From Octopus vulgaris (taxonomy: Eukaryota), in the NCBI GenBank assembly GCA_951406725.2, contig OX597824.1, positions 81,406,001 to 81,470,000 on the forward strand: a stretch of DNA of 64,000 nucleotides, in the 5' to 3' direction. This document shows, one piece after another, positions 27,306-41,231 of the stretch. The position numbers and the translations under genes were made by a program. Every line of letters starts with the position of its first letter. The first letter of the stretch is position 1. The notes below the pieces were generated by a model that worked only from the letters and a program-made list of their open reading frames with translations, was not told where the DNA came from and ran no database searches.

Positions 27306-27921
27306 ATTTATATGTATATATATATATATATATACATATGCATACAAACATATATACATATATATATCATATATATCATGTGTATAAATATATATCTTCA
27401 ATATCATTTCATAAAATACATATTTTATTTATTATGTATTTCAGTAAACAATAAACTCCTTTATATTCTCCTCACCCGGAGTGAAGTATCCATGAGCGGA
27501 CTACATTTTATACGCATGTATGAACACACGGAATCTCTCATTTGAATTTCTACCGGGTAAACACTGCCTGATCAAAAATCTTTTCAAGTTCATTGGTTAT
27601 TTGTGTGTGATATACGCCATTAAAATATTCCATTGCTTTCTTCTTGCACGTTTATTATCCTTAATAGCTTGTTTCTTCCTAGCCTTTTTGATACTAATAA
27701 TATTTTGCTTTCAGCTTGTTTCAGTTGCTCAAAAGGCTCTGTGTTCAAACCTTTACGGTAGTGATATTCGCTCTTATTACTACAGCATATGTGTCATTGC
27801 CTCTTAATTTTTGAGTTATTATTCTTCATTTATTCACCATTGTATTTTAGTATTAAATGCACATTTCATTTACAACTGCTTTGCAACATTTTATCTTGCA
27901 GCCGTCTTGCATTAAATATTC

Positions 27922-28121
27922 TACAGTTCTGTATTTAAGAGATGAGGAATTATGTACATTATTTACATTAATTACATTCGACGGGTATTTGTCCTCATCT
28001 TGTTTGTTGTTAGCACAACGTTTCGGCTGATATACCCTCCAGCTTTCATCAGGTGACTTGAGGAAATTTAGAACCTGGATTCTCATTCCTAAGGTATTCT
28101 TCGATGTTGTTGTTGTTGTTG

Positions 28122-28172
<51 letters not shown>

Positions 28173-28274
28173 TTATTATTATCATTATTATTATCGTTGA
28201 GGTCACTGCTTGAAATCGAACTCGGAATCTTGGGGTTAGTAGCCCGCGCTCTTCATCACTACGCCATATTCCCG
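27922..28274 (-). mobile_element. Family C: tRNA-headed SINE carrying a hammerhead ribozyme, full length
   Basis: Head at 28274-28200 has TGGCGTAGTGA (A box), a ggg-ctactaa-ccc loop and GAGTTCGATTTC (B box). It is followed by an (AAT/AAC)n linker, body, HHR and tail ending ...cttaaatacagaactgta. Confidence 0.8.
28012..28057 (-). ncRNA. Minimal type I hammerhead ribozyme (family C)
   Basis: gtcac-CTGATGA-a-agctg(gagggtatat)cagcc-GAAA-cgtt^gtgct. Stem I cac/gtg, palindromic AACGTT in place of stem III. Confidence 0.75.
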
Positions 28275-28281
28275 TAACAAC

Positions 28282-28311
28282 AACGTTGTGTTAACAACAA
28301 AGATGAGGACA

Positions 28312-28314
<3 letters not shown>
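28282..28314 (+). mobile_element. Inverted tail fragment of family C abutting its 5' end
   Basis: aacgttgtgttaacaacaaagatgaggacaaat is the family C sequence starting at the HHR cleavage region, in the opposite orientation. Confidence 0.8.
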
Positions 28315-28342
<28 letters not shown>

Positions 28343-28382
28343 TTATATATATATAAAATATATATATATATATATATATATA

Positions 28383-28540
28383 CGAAAAACACAAAAGACG
28401 AAGACAGGTGGTGTACAAAACAAACAGATGTGTTAGTATAACGCTCAGGAATAGAAAAAAGTTTTTACGTTTCGCGCCTTCTATAGAAAGGGACAGAGAA
28501 AAAACAAGGAGAGAAACAAGGAGAGAAAAAAAGGCGAGAA
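28383..28540 (-). mobile_element. PLE-type pLTR fragment in (TA)n with a collapsed HHR-like motif
   Basis: Homologous to 14170-14305. Minus strand reads tttCTATAGAAggcgcGAAAcgtaaaaa. Confidence 0.5.
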
Positions 28541-30347
28541 TGTATATATATATATATATATATATACTTATATATTGGCAGAATTTAGGCACTAGTTTTC
28601 CGTTGCTTTATAAACGTACGTTTTTTATGATAATTAAATATCATTTAATAGCTCTGTTTTCCATTTTCCGCTGTTGACATTCGATATTCCTTCATCGTGT
28701 TTGTTCTGCCAGTGTTCTTCCCGCATGCATGCCATAAGTCTTCTTATGCGATTCATGCTAAAGGAATATATAGTACAATGATATACAATCAATATAAAAG
28801 TTGCTATCTTAGAGATAGCGTGTTCGCGCTGAATGCAGTTTTGTGTGACGCGTGTTTGCCAAGTTTGTGCCAAGACTGCCTTAGCTTAGGTGTGTATGTA
28901 AGACGTTTTCTCAGTTTAACTCGGACTTCAGTATGAAATATCTTTCCCATTAATTTTCCTTTATATTACTGGGGCATGATTTGAGAAAGAATCGCCTGTC
29001 AGTCCGAGCAAGACAAGCGACTACCTAGACAGTGACTAGAATTTTACAACAAAAATTGTTGGTGGTGTTGTTGATGTTCAGCCCTGCGTCAGACCTGATT
29101 GAGGAGAGCTATGACCAAACGCATTTCAGCCATGATCATCCAGTGTTTTTTTTACCCCCAGGAGTAGTGAACCTAGTATCATATTAACATTACCCAGCGT
29201 GTATCGGTGCTATATGACGGTGTTTTGACTGCAATTTTTAGTAAGTCGAGCGACTACGTACCGGCTCCCTGTTGGTTCTATTGAATTTAATTATGTGGAA
29301 AGCTGTTAATTATTCCACTATGATTCTTTGCGTTATGAGGTAAATTATCGCTCCGCAGCAGAGAGAATTCCTTCTTCAACAACGCCTGGTTAACGTTCCA
29401 GTGTTCTGTAAGCGTTTTCCAACAATAACAGGAAATTCCCACTGAGAGAAAGAAACCACAGCAACAACAACAAGAGCATGAACAAAGTAGGAACAGCAGT
29501 AACGATGAGAAACGATATATCATAATTTGATGTTGTAAAACCAAGTGAAAGCTATATGCACTAGAATATTGCTCGTAAAATGTCTCTCCGATAGTGGTTC
29601 CTTTTATTATGTATTTATTACGCAGACCACAAAGTACAAACCAATTAGAAGTAATTATTAATATGGAACCATTTAGTTCATTATATTGTTGTTTTTTTGA
29701 TGTTTATTGTTGTTGTTCACCCTCTGATGTTTATATATTTGCATATTGGCTTTTTTAGAAACTTCTCATGTTTCTGCTGAAATACAATAAGTTATATCGA
29801 TTTCATATATACATACATATATACATACATATGTACATGCTCACAAAACCATATGTGTGTGTGTGTTTGGCAGTTGAAACGGCGTTTAAGTGTTATAGTG
29901 TTATATTTTACCCAACATGATTGTCAATCAAGTGACTGATCGCTTGCCAAAACTACTCTAAGTAATAAGGTTTTTAATTGAACAGGAAGCTGGGTAAGTG
30001 ATAGAAGGATAGAGGAGAGAGGAAACTGTTTGTGAGACGAAGACACAGAGAAAGAGAAAAAAAGGGGACATATTAGGGGTAGGAAAGGAGGTAGAGAGAA
30101 AAGTGCTACAGAAAATGCAAATGATAGAGAGATGAGGTAGATAATCACTCTTACAATAGAGAAATGGGAAATAGATTGAGAAAGAGATAGGGAAGATTTT
30201 CCCAGATCATTCATGCAGTAAATGACTAAATTAATTTGTTCCGAGTGAGGATCGAAACCGTATCACTAGTAAAGGTAATAGTTGTTCTTGTTGTTGTTCA
30301 AACCCGCGCTAACCCCGAATGAGCGTATCCATGCTAGCAAGTGTTCA

Positions 30348-30564
30348 GCTGTTCAAGAATTTCGACCTGGAGATCTCCATTTCCAGTGACTTTGTGGGCC
30401 ACCTCCCAGTGGTGTCGGGCGTCAACGAAGAGCCCTCGACTACAACAAGACGACGAAAGTTTTTTTTCCACGGTCTGGGGTCTCCCGCCCCAAAGCCCTA
30501 GACCATCACCTAATCACCCTTACCCGTCTTGTTGCTTAACAACAACAACAACAACAGCAGCAGC
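30348..30564 (+). mobile_element. 5'-truncated non-LTR retroelement 3' end with (ACA)n tail and 12-bp TSD
   Basis: TSD agcaagtgttca at 30336-30347 and 30565-30576. GC-rich insert ending in a simple-repeat tail. Confidence 0.75.
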
Positions 30565-30912
30565 AGCAAGTGTTCAAGAGGTGACCGTTCTCTCTTTCTG
30601 TAAAGTATGTTGTAATCTCTTTAATTTCAGTCCCTTGTTGTGTAGCACATTGGTCCATTTTGGAATGGTTGCTCTTAAACATCAGCTTTTCTTTGTGAAG
30701 TGATTGCTAGTCTCTCACTGACCAAGTTCTACATTTCTTGAGTAAAGTATACCGAGAATGGTCCACAAGCAGCCAATTCAAAGAAAAAATGAAAGAAGAA
30801 AAAAGAAAAAGAAGAATAAGGGAGAAGATACAAACTAGTATAAGACTTGTATTTTTATATGACGATACAGGAGGCACGAAAATGTCCGTTTATACTCATG
30901 TCAGATTAGCTC

Positions 30913-31172
30913 GTGGAGGTGCGTGGCTTAGTGGTTCGGGCGTCAGCATCATGATCTTAAGATTGTGGTTTCGATTCCTGGACCGGGCAACGCGTTGTGT
31001 TCTTGAGCAAAATACTTCATTTCACGTTGCTCCAGTCCAGTCAGCTGGCAAAAATGAGTAACGCTGTGAAGGACTGGCGATCCGTCCAGCTGAGGAGCAT
31101 ATATGCCATAGAAACCGAGAAACCGAGCCCATGAGCCTGGCTAGGCTTTAAAAGGGTGCATTTATTATTTAT
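30913..31172 (+). mobile_element. SINE family E (CORE-like) with tail type iii
   Basis: A box tggcttagtgg, B box gtttcgattcc, CORE-like ttcttgagcaaaatacttca, tail shared with family D-iii, (TTA)n end. Confidence 0.88.
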
Positions 31173-31363
31173 TATAACTCACTTATTTTAGCCCACCTCC
31201 CCCATCAGACCATTTCCATACATGTCATAAAAAATTGGATTCTAGTTGTTCACAGATAATAGATTAACATCTGCGAATTAGGGATCTCTATATCGTTTCT
31301 GTCCCGTGTCATTAACCTATACACACACACACACACATATCCATTCTTTTTGCTGTGTATTAA

Positions 31364-31782
31364 CTCTCTTTACTCTTTTACTTGTTTCAGTCAGTTGACT
31401 GCGGCCATGCTGGAGCACCGCCTTTTCTTTAGTCGAGCAAATCAACCCGGGACTTAGTCTTTGTAAGCCTAGTACTTATTCTATCGGTCTCTTTTGCCGA
31501 ACCGCTAAGTGACGGGGACGTAAACACACCAGCATCGGTTGTCAAGCAATGCTAGGGGGACAAACACAGACACACAAACACATACACACACACACACACA
31601 CATATATATATACATACATATATACGACAGGCTTCTTTCAGTTACCGTCTACCAAATCCACTCACAAGGCATTGGTCGGCCCGGGGCTATAGCAGAAGAC
31701 ACTTGCCCAAGATGCCACGCAGTGGGACTGAACCCGGAACCATGTGGTTGGTTAGCAAGCTACTTACCACACAGTCACTCCT
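31364..31782 (-). mobile_element. SINE family A, full length
   Basis: Complete head, internal microsatellite and tail. Confidence 0.93.
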
Positions 31783-31920
31783 AACGCTAACATTAGTTCA
31801 CTTATTATTGCCTTAACGTCTGTATCATTTCTTTTACTTGAGTATTAAGCCCTATATTTTTTAAAATTTACAGTTATGAGACTACATATACTTTCTGTTT
31901 CCATAATTTGACACCCTATA

Positions 31921-32882
31921 CATATTCCTTTAGTACCCACAAGGGGCAAAACACAGAGGGAACAAACAAGGACAGACAAACGGATTAAATCGATTACAAC
32001 GACCCCAGTGCGTAACTGGTACTTAATTTATCGACCTCGAAAGGATGAAAGCAAAGTCGACCTCGGCGGAATTTGAACTCAGAACGTATCGGCAGACGAA
32101 ATACCGGCTACGCATTTCGTCCGGCGTGCTAACATTTCTGCCAGCTCGCCGCCTTACTAAAAGGATGAAAGGCAAAGTCGACCTCGGCGGAATTTGAACT
32201 CAGAACGTATCGGCAGACGAAATACCGGCTACGCATTTCGTCCGGCGTGCTAACATTTCTGCCAGCTCGCCGCCTTACTAAAAGGATGAAAGGCAAAGTC
32301 GACCTCGGCGGAATTTGAACTCAGAACGTATCGGCAGACAAAATACGGGCTACGCATTTCGCCCGGCGTGCTAACATTTCTGCCAGCTCGCCGCCTTACT
32401 AAAAGGATGAAAGGCAAAGTCGACCTCGGCGGAATTTGAACTCAGAACGTATCGGCAGACGAAATACCGGCTACGCATTTCGTCCGGCGTGCTAACATTT
32501 CTGCCAGCTCGCCGCCTTACTAAAAGGATGAAAGGCAAAGTCGACCTCGGCGGAATTTGAACTCAGAACGTATCGGCAGACAAAATACGGGCTACGTATT
32601 TCGCTCGGCGTGCTAACATTTCTGCCAGCTCGCCGCCTTACTAAAAGGATGAAAGGCAAAGTCGACCTCGGCGGAATTTGAATTCAGAACGTATCGGCAG
32701 ACGAAATACGGGCTACGCATTTCGCCCGGCGTGCTAACATTTCTGCCAGCTCGCCGCCTTACTAAAAGGATGAAAGGCAAAGTGGACATCGTCAGAATTT
32801 GAACTCAGAACATAAAGACAGACAAAATGTCGCGAAGCATTTCACCCAGCGTGCTAACGATTCTGCCAGCTCGCCGCCTTTG
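31921..32882 (-). mobile_element. SINE family B with seven tandem ~121-bp heads, bounded by a 12-bp TSD
   Basis: Units start near 32040, 32159, 32280, 32401, 32522, 32643 and 32764. There is a single tail at 31921-32040. tgacaccctata occurs at 31909-31920 and 32883-32894. Confidence 0.92.
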
Positions 32883-33074
32883 TGACACCCTATATATTTA
32901 ATACCTCTATACTCTTTCTACTACTATGAAATCATTCCATATATTCTTAATGTTACCATGGTATTAAACTCTATATCCTTTCTGTTAATTCATTATTAAC
33001 TTCTTATCTTTTATGCTATCATGACATTAATCCCTTTATTCTTCGCTTAACACTATATAAACACCTATATTTTC

Positions 33075-33232
33075 TTGGCTGTGTGGTAAGAAGCTTGCTT
33101 CCCAACCACATCGTTCCAAGTTCAGTCTCACTGCGTGGCACCTTGAGTAAATGTCTTCTACTAAAAGCACGGGCCTACCAAAGTCTTGTGAGTTAATTTG
33201 GTAGACGGAAAGTGAAACAAGACCGTCCTATG

Positions 33233-33309
<77 letters not shown>

Positions 33310-33450
33310 ATACACACACACATATATATATGTATATAAGTACTAGGCTTATAAACAATAATTCCTGGTGTCGATTTGTTCGACTAAACGAAGTGCGCCA
33401 GCATGTCCGCAGTCCAATGACTGAAACAAGTAGAAGAATGAGAAAAAAAA
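33075..33450 (+). mobile_element. SINE family A, internally deleted
   Basis: Head, expanded (TA)n and tail. Confidence 0.85.
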
Positions 33451-33600
33451 GAATAATATTAAAGTCTGTAACATTTATTTTTAGCATGATAGCTATCAAC
33501 TTTGTAGACTTTCTCTTGACGTGATACAGATATCAATATCCTTTCTGCTAGTATGATATCACTCACTAAACCATTTCTGTGGCCGTGCTATATATTTCTG

Positions 33601-34405
33601 TTCCGTAAATCCGCATTTTTTTCCAAAAATTTAAAGGTCAAAATCCCTAGTGCCTATATATACAAGGTTAAAAATGAAAAATATTTTCTAAGCAATGTCC
33701 GAGTCTCTATTTGCTCTCCGGCAATGTTTATTCAGACGCATTTTGTGATGTTGGGCGCGAAAATACCTTAAATCATCCATAATTTGCAGTTAGCAACATC
33801 TATTAAACGTTATTACTGTTATTTCTTTATTTTCCGCAAACAAAATGCACAAAAAAAGGCTACACGTTTGCATTATGTTATTTATAAAAAAAACGATAAC
33901 CGCCGCCCTTTTCAAGCCTAGCCAGTCTCATGGGCTCGGTTTCCCGGTTTGTGTGGTGTATGTGTTCCCCACAGCTGGACGGGACGCCAGTCCATTGCAG
34001 CGTTACTCAAGAAACATGAAGAGAGAGTGAGAGAAAGTCGTGGCGAAAGAGTACAACAGGGGTCGCCACCACCCCCTGCCGAAGCCTCGTGGAGCTTTTA
34101 GGTGTTTTCGCTCAATAAACATACACAATGCCCGGTCTGGGAATCGAAACCGCTATCCTGCGACCGCGAGTCCGCTGCCCGAACCACTGGGCCATTGCGC
34201 CTCCACTATGTTATATATACAATAATCATAAAGGACGTTACCGTATACACTTTTACAAACCAAGGACGTTATATAGACCTCCTTGACTCAAGTTAGAGAA
34301 GGAGTGCGTATTATACACAAGGTTTGGGTTTTTCAGAGGTACAGACCCCTAAAAGTCCCCTGCGTATTATACTCAAGGGCGGACTATACTCGAGGATTTA
34401 CAGTA
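33601..34405. mobile_element. Non-autonomous TIR DNA transposon (Tc1/mariner Tc2/pogo-like ends), interrupted by a SINE
   Basis: Left end ttccgtaaatcc and right end ggatttacagta (reverse complement tactgtaaatcc). Repeated subterminal gcgtattatac.caagg motifs. Confidence 0.55.
33902..34206 (-). mobile_element. SINE family D (tail type iii), full length
   Basis: Minus-strand head gtggaggcgcaatggcccagtgg...gtttcgattccc, tail ...gactggcgtcccgtccagc...ggctaggcttgaaaagggcg. Confidence 0.9.
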
Positions 34406-34413
34406 TATTTTTC

Positions 34414-34447
34414 TGTCTGAAGAAGAACAAATGTCCGAAAAGTTACA
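34414..34447 (+). ncRNA. Minimal type I hammerhead-like motif
   Basis: tgt-CTGAAGA-a-gaac(aaat)gtcc-GAAA-agtt-aca. Stem I tgt/aca, one mismatch in stem II. Confidence 0.55.
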
Positions 34448-34875
34448 TTCCATGATCCTTAATTGAATCAACTCATTACTTCGTTTTCCATCCATTCTCA
34501 GTGAATCCACACTGTATTCTTTGTATGTTTTAACGGGTAGTTCTCCTCGTCACTGTTTAAATCCAAATACGATCTGATACAGTACATTTTTTATGAAAGG
34601 CATTCCATTCACATCAGGACAGAGAAGTTACCCAGTCGTGGGTTCATCGCATTTAATAAACAACAGGTTTAAAAGGATCAATAAACGATTTTCTGTATTT
34701 ATGATGTTCTCGGACAAGAGAATTTATACGTCGCTCGGATGAAACAAATATAACAAGAGTTATATTTTTATTGGAAGGCACAGTTGTATTGATTTTATCG
34801 ACAAAATTTATATATTTTACTGATATTTATATAGATACATCGGCAAAGTGAGGAGCACTCTGGTTTTAAATATCA

Positions 34876-35222
34876 CTAGAAGTATCGCCCGGCGTTGCTC
34901 GGGTTTGTTCCGACCCTTTAGAATTGGAATTTTTGAAAAGTAAAAATTTTGCATTATGTAGTTCGTTATTCTCTTTAAGTGAACATTTTTCTGGTTGAAA
35001 TACACCGAAAAATGGCGACACGGCAGTCAAAAAATCGTAAAAAATAAGGATTTTCATAGAAAAAAAAGGCGTCTTTTTCATGTAAATAATTTACATGGTC
35101 CGATTTGAAATTTTCTTCTACGGAAGAAAGAGCAAGCCTTCTTCTAACATACTCTCAATTTTGGTCAACTTGCGCCGCAGGGTCTCGGAGGAGATAGTGT
35201 TAGTTGAAGGCTACCAAACTTG

Positions 35223-35255
<33 letters not shown>

Positions 35256-35279
35256 CAACTTCAGCTTTATATACATAGA
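34876..35279 (-). mobile_element. Non-autonomous Helitron (subfamily 2), complete ends
   Basis: On the minus strand it reads A|TCTATGTATATAAA...cccgagcaacgccggg...CTAG|T. Confidence 0.9.
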
Positions 35280-35793
35280 TTAGAAATCACAGTTGTATTG
35301 ATTTTATCGACAATGTTTACATCTTTTACCGATATTTATATAGATATATCGGCAAAGTGAGGAGCACTCTGGTTTTAAATATTGATGTACTTCATAGAGC
35401 AAGCAGCTGCTTGTAGCTGAAGTAGGATCTGGCCCTAAAGAAAATACCTAATTTTCGAGATGCAGATTTGATAATGTCAAAACTACGTAGAAAGCCATGA
35501 CAGATGTCGCGCATGAGCATAAATAAAATTCTACTCGTGGTTTACGCGCATCTGGGGAGATTGCATAGGGTTGTGTGTTTCCATTAAGCAGTTTGGTGAT
35601 TGTGTTTGGGGGGTGTCCTGTCGCTATATAATGATGATTTTATTCAAGATCTCTGTTTATAGAAACGATTTATGCGCACTGTCAGCTAAACACTCATATA
35701 TACCTATACATGTATATACATACTTTTAAAATGGATATACTTAACAAGTTGAATATATCTATATCCGCATTATGTATACACATGAGTGTTTAA

Positions 35794-35825
<32 letters not shown>

Positions 35826-35948
35826 GCATATATATATATATATACATATATACATATATACATACATATACACACACACACATATATATATATAAATATA
35901 TGCATATATATATACACACATATATATACGCATATACATGTACATATA

Positions 35949-36333
<385 letters not shown>

Positions 36334-36476
36334 CATACATATATTTATACCACTGTGTAACTGAAGTGTGTGCGCATGTGCGCGTGTGGATGTTTGTTAT
36401 TTGAAATCCAGTGATTTTTTCTCTTGACCTCATTTTCTCCACATTTCAATTCTTTTACGTCTTTTCCTTCTCCTTC

Positions 36477-36800
<324 letters not shown>

Positions 36801-37111
36801 ATATACACATATTCCTATTCTTTCAAAGTTTCTATACGCTCAGAAATAACGACGCACACAGACGAATGCAAATACGCTCACACGCACGCACTCACACATT
36901 CCCCACCCCATCCTTCGCATCACTCATTTTCTTCTCTTTTCTTTACATATATATATTATATGCACATGTGTGTATGTGTGTATGTACATTTAATTCTATG
37001 TTGCGTGTGCGTGTGCCCGATAGAATGCAAAGAGACGAAAATCACCGTGATCTCTTATCTCCACGAAAACCAGATGTGTTTAAACCGGCACGTCACAAAT
37101 ATGTACGTCTC

Positions 37112-37194
<83 letters not shown>

Positions 37195-37394
37195 TACATA
37201 TATATATATATATATGTATACATCAAATACATACATTCATGCATACATGCATATATACATACATATATACATGCACACACACACATTTGTACAAACACAA
37301 ATACACACGCTCATATAAGTGAATGTGTGTGTTTATATGTATTAAAGTGCTTGCATATGTGTGGCATAATATATGCATACACCGATACACAGAG

Positions 37395-37432
<38 letters not shown>

Positions 37433-37966
37433 GTGCGTCTGTAAGTGATTTCAAATCATATATTTATATATACATATATGCATATATATGCACATAAACA
37501 TACATACATACATGCATGCATACATGCATGCATACATACATACATACATACACATACACACGCACTTATATATGAATGCGAGTTTATATGTCTTAAAATA
37601 CTGCTACATGGGGCATGATATATATATATATATCTACAAATATACATATACATATATACATATATATATATATATGTATACATATGAATTATGTATGTGC
37701 GTTTGTAAGTGATTTTAAAGTATATATTTATACATACATATATGCGTATATGAATATACATGTGTGTTTGTGTGTCATAATGAAATACTTCCAAGTCAAG
37801 TACATCCGAAATCTCAAAGGAATCCATTCGCTTAAGATATTGATTAAATTCCAAGAAGGCTAAACATTTGGTGCCAACGTAAATTCTTGCTTACTTCACA
37901 ATGTCAATTGTGCTCCTTCTGTTCACTTCATGTTAACATCGCATTGTTTTATTTATTTATTCATTT

Positions 37967-37997
<31 letters not shown>

Positions 37998-38482
37998 TTT
38001 ATTTATTTATATACCTATTTATTTATTTGCGATTTCATTTCTTGAAATTTTCTTTCATTCTTCTTCTTTTCTTCTGTATTCTTTACTTTCTCCAGTCCTT
38101 CATTTTTTTTCGTCTCTTTTATTTCTTTTTCCTTGTTTCTTCTTTTTTCGTCAAGTTGTTGTTGCTGTTGTTGTTGTTCTCGTTTTCGTTCCTGTTGATT
38201 CTTGTCCTTGGTGTGTCGTTGTTTTTTTGTTATTCTTCTGGTTCTTCCATTTTTTTATTTTCGCGTTCTTCATCTTTTCTTGGATGCTCAATACTGTCGT
38301 CATCGTCGTCGTCATTATTGTCGTTCTAGCTGTTGTTAATGTTGTTGTTGTTGTTGTTGTTGATGTTCCTCTTCTTCTACCTCTTCTTTCTCCTCCTCTT
38401 CTTTGTGTCTTGTTGCTTTTGTCCACGTTGTGATCGTTGCGATTGTAAGTGTTTCTGATGTCGTTGTTAACCTGATTTTTAT

Positions 38483-39470
<988 letters not shown>

Positions 39471-39778
39471 CTCATCTTGTGTATATAATTCATGATTCAG
39501 GAGAAAATACATCAAGAGCTTTGTTTCTTCTTTACATTCAAAAGAATTAGGTGTTTCGTATAAAGAAATAAATAAAAAAGAAATGACTATACTATGTATA
39601 ATAATGTTCAAACTCAATAAATGTTCTGTAAAATGCCCGCCCTCACAATCTTTCGTTACGCAGTGCACATATATATATCTTATACAGAGCTGACATCACG
39701 ACGACGACGACCACCACCACCATCATCACCATCATAATCATCATCATAATCATCGTCGTCATCGACGTCGACATCATC

Positions 39779-39819
<41 letters not shown>

Positions 39820-39829
39820 CATCATAGTT

Positions 39830-39992
39830 ATTGACTTAGGGAGCAGTGCATGCAACCAAAGTGGCACTAAGGTAAAATATACGAAACCCAGTATACCCAT
39901 CATGACTACCCGTCTGATAAGGGTACACAAGGCACATGCATTACAATCATAAGTGCGTGTCATAGTGATTTCATATCAAGATTAACAGCGCA
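39830..39992 (-). mobile_element. 3' end of an (AAT)n-tailed retroposon (family F)
   Basis: Homologous to 47790-47954 and 42165-42375. Abuts an (ATT)n tract. Confidence 0.8.
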
Positions 39993-40687
39993 TTATTATT
40001 TTTATCATTATTTACTGCGTATTCTAGCAGGACGTGTTTTTGACTTCATGTTTGAAGTGGTGTGTTTTTATTACATGGAAGATTGTTGCACGAACTTCTT
40101 CCCACGAAAATACCTTTCCCACAAAAATACCTACTCTCAAATGTCTTAAGCTATAACAAAATGCGTATAATTATGTATTTCAGACACGTTTTGCTTGCTC
40201 CTTACTCTTACTCCTTAACTGCGAAACACCTGAGTCGCTACCCCCCCACCCACCCGCCAATTGCAAATTGACAAAGAATAAAATTAAAATATTCAAACGC
40301 AGCAAACAAACCGAAAATGGAAAGCAGCTTAATTGCCCAGAAAAATGTTTTAATTTGGACAGCAATGACAAGAAAAATAATTCAGGCTGGAATACTGTAG
40401 TGAAAATATATTTCAATAAATGCAGCAACAAAATAGAAACACATGCAGTCTTTGACAGTCTAAAGAAAATCCTTATTTTGCATGCAAATTGCACGTTTGC
40501 TAGTGTAGTAAATGACACGGAATACGTGAATTTGATTATCTTTTCGTAGGTTGAATGAATGTGAACGTAGCACGTTTCGAAGTAAAGCCTCTCTTTGATG
40601 ATTACATACAGGAGCGATTCAAAAAATTACTTCTCATTTATATTACTTCTCCAAAAGTTCAAATGCTCTCTCCAAAGAACAGTAGAA

Positions 40688-40835
40688 TAGCCCATCTCAC
40701 CCTAAAAGTCCTTGAATAAAGTTTGTTTAAGAATGATGAATGAAACACCCATGTTTGCAGAGGTGAATAATTCAAACTCCAAAGAATTCCTCTCAACATA
40801 TGGCTATGATGCTCCCCCAGTACTTCTGCCTATGA
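40688..40835 (-). mobile_element. Internal fragment of family F flanked by a 29-bp direct repeat
   Basis: Matches 47600-47750 in reverse. Repeat at 40659-40687 and 40836-40864. Confidence 0.75.
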
Positions 40836-41001
40836 TCAAATGCTCTCTCCAAAGAACAGCAGAAAGAAGCCTTTTAGTGGGGTCGAAAAATCATACTCTT
40901 TTGAGTAAGGCGGCTCCAACCGGATGATCTGCATCTATTTTGCGATCAAAGCCTCACCGCAAATAAGCCTCGAATATTATTATTATTATTATTATTATCA
41001 C

Positions 41002-41058
<57 letters not shown>

Positions 41059-41103
41059 CATTATTATCATTATTATTATTATTATTATTACTATTATTAT
41101 TAC

Positions 41104-41149
<46 letters not shown>

Positions 41150-41150
41150 T

Positions 41151-41225
<75 letters not shown>

Positions 41226-41231
41226 GTTATT

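Noticed and set aside
27853-28206. Shared ORF with 63158-63427 (KSPDESWRVYQPKR...) as a protein family
   Set aside because: The similarity comes from the family C repeat. PDE...PKR is the translation of the hammerhead core.
28200-28274. Functional tRNA gene (also the heads at 53145, 30913 and 2975)
   Set aside because: There is no proper acceptor stem, and each continues into a SINE body.
29287-29451. Minus-strand exon after ctttctctcag
   Set aside because: An acceptor-like site alone, with no recognisable product or partner exon.
32040-32882. CRISPR-like array
   Set aside because: Units are contiguous SINE heads with no unique spacers, there are no cas genes, and the context is eukaryotic.
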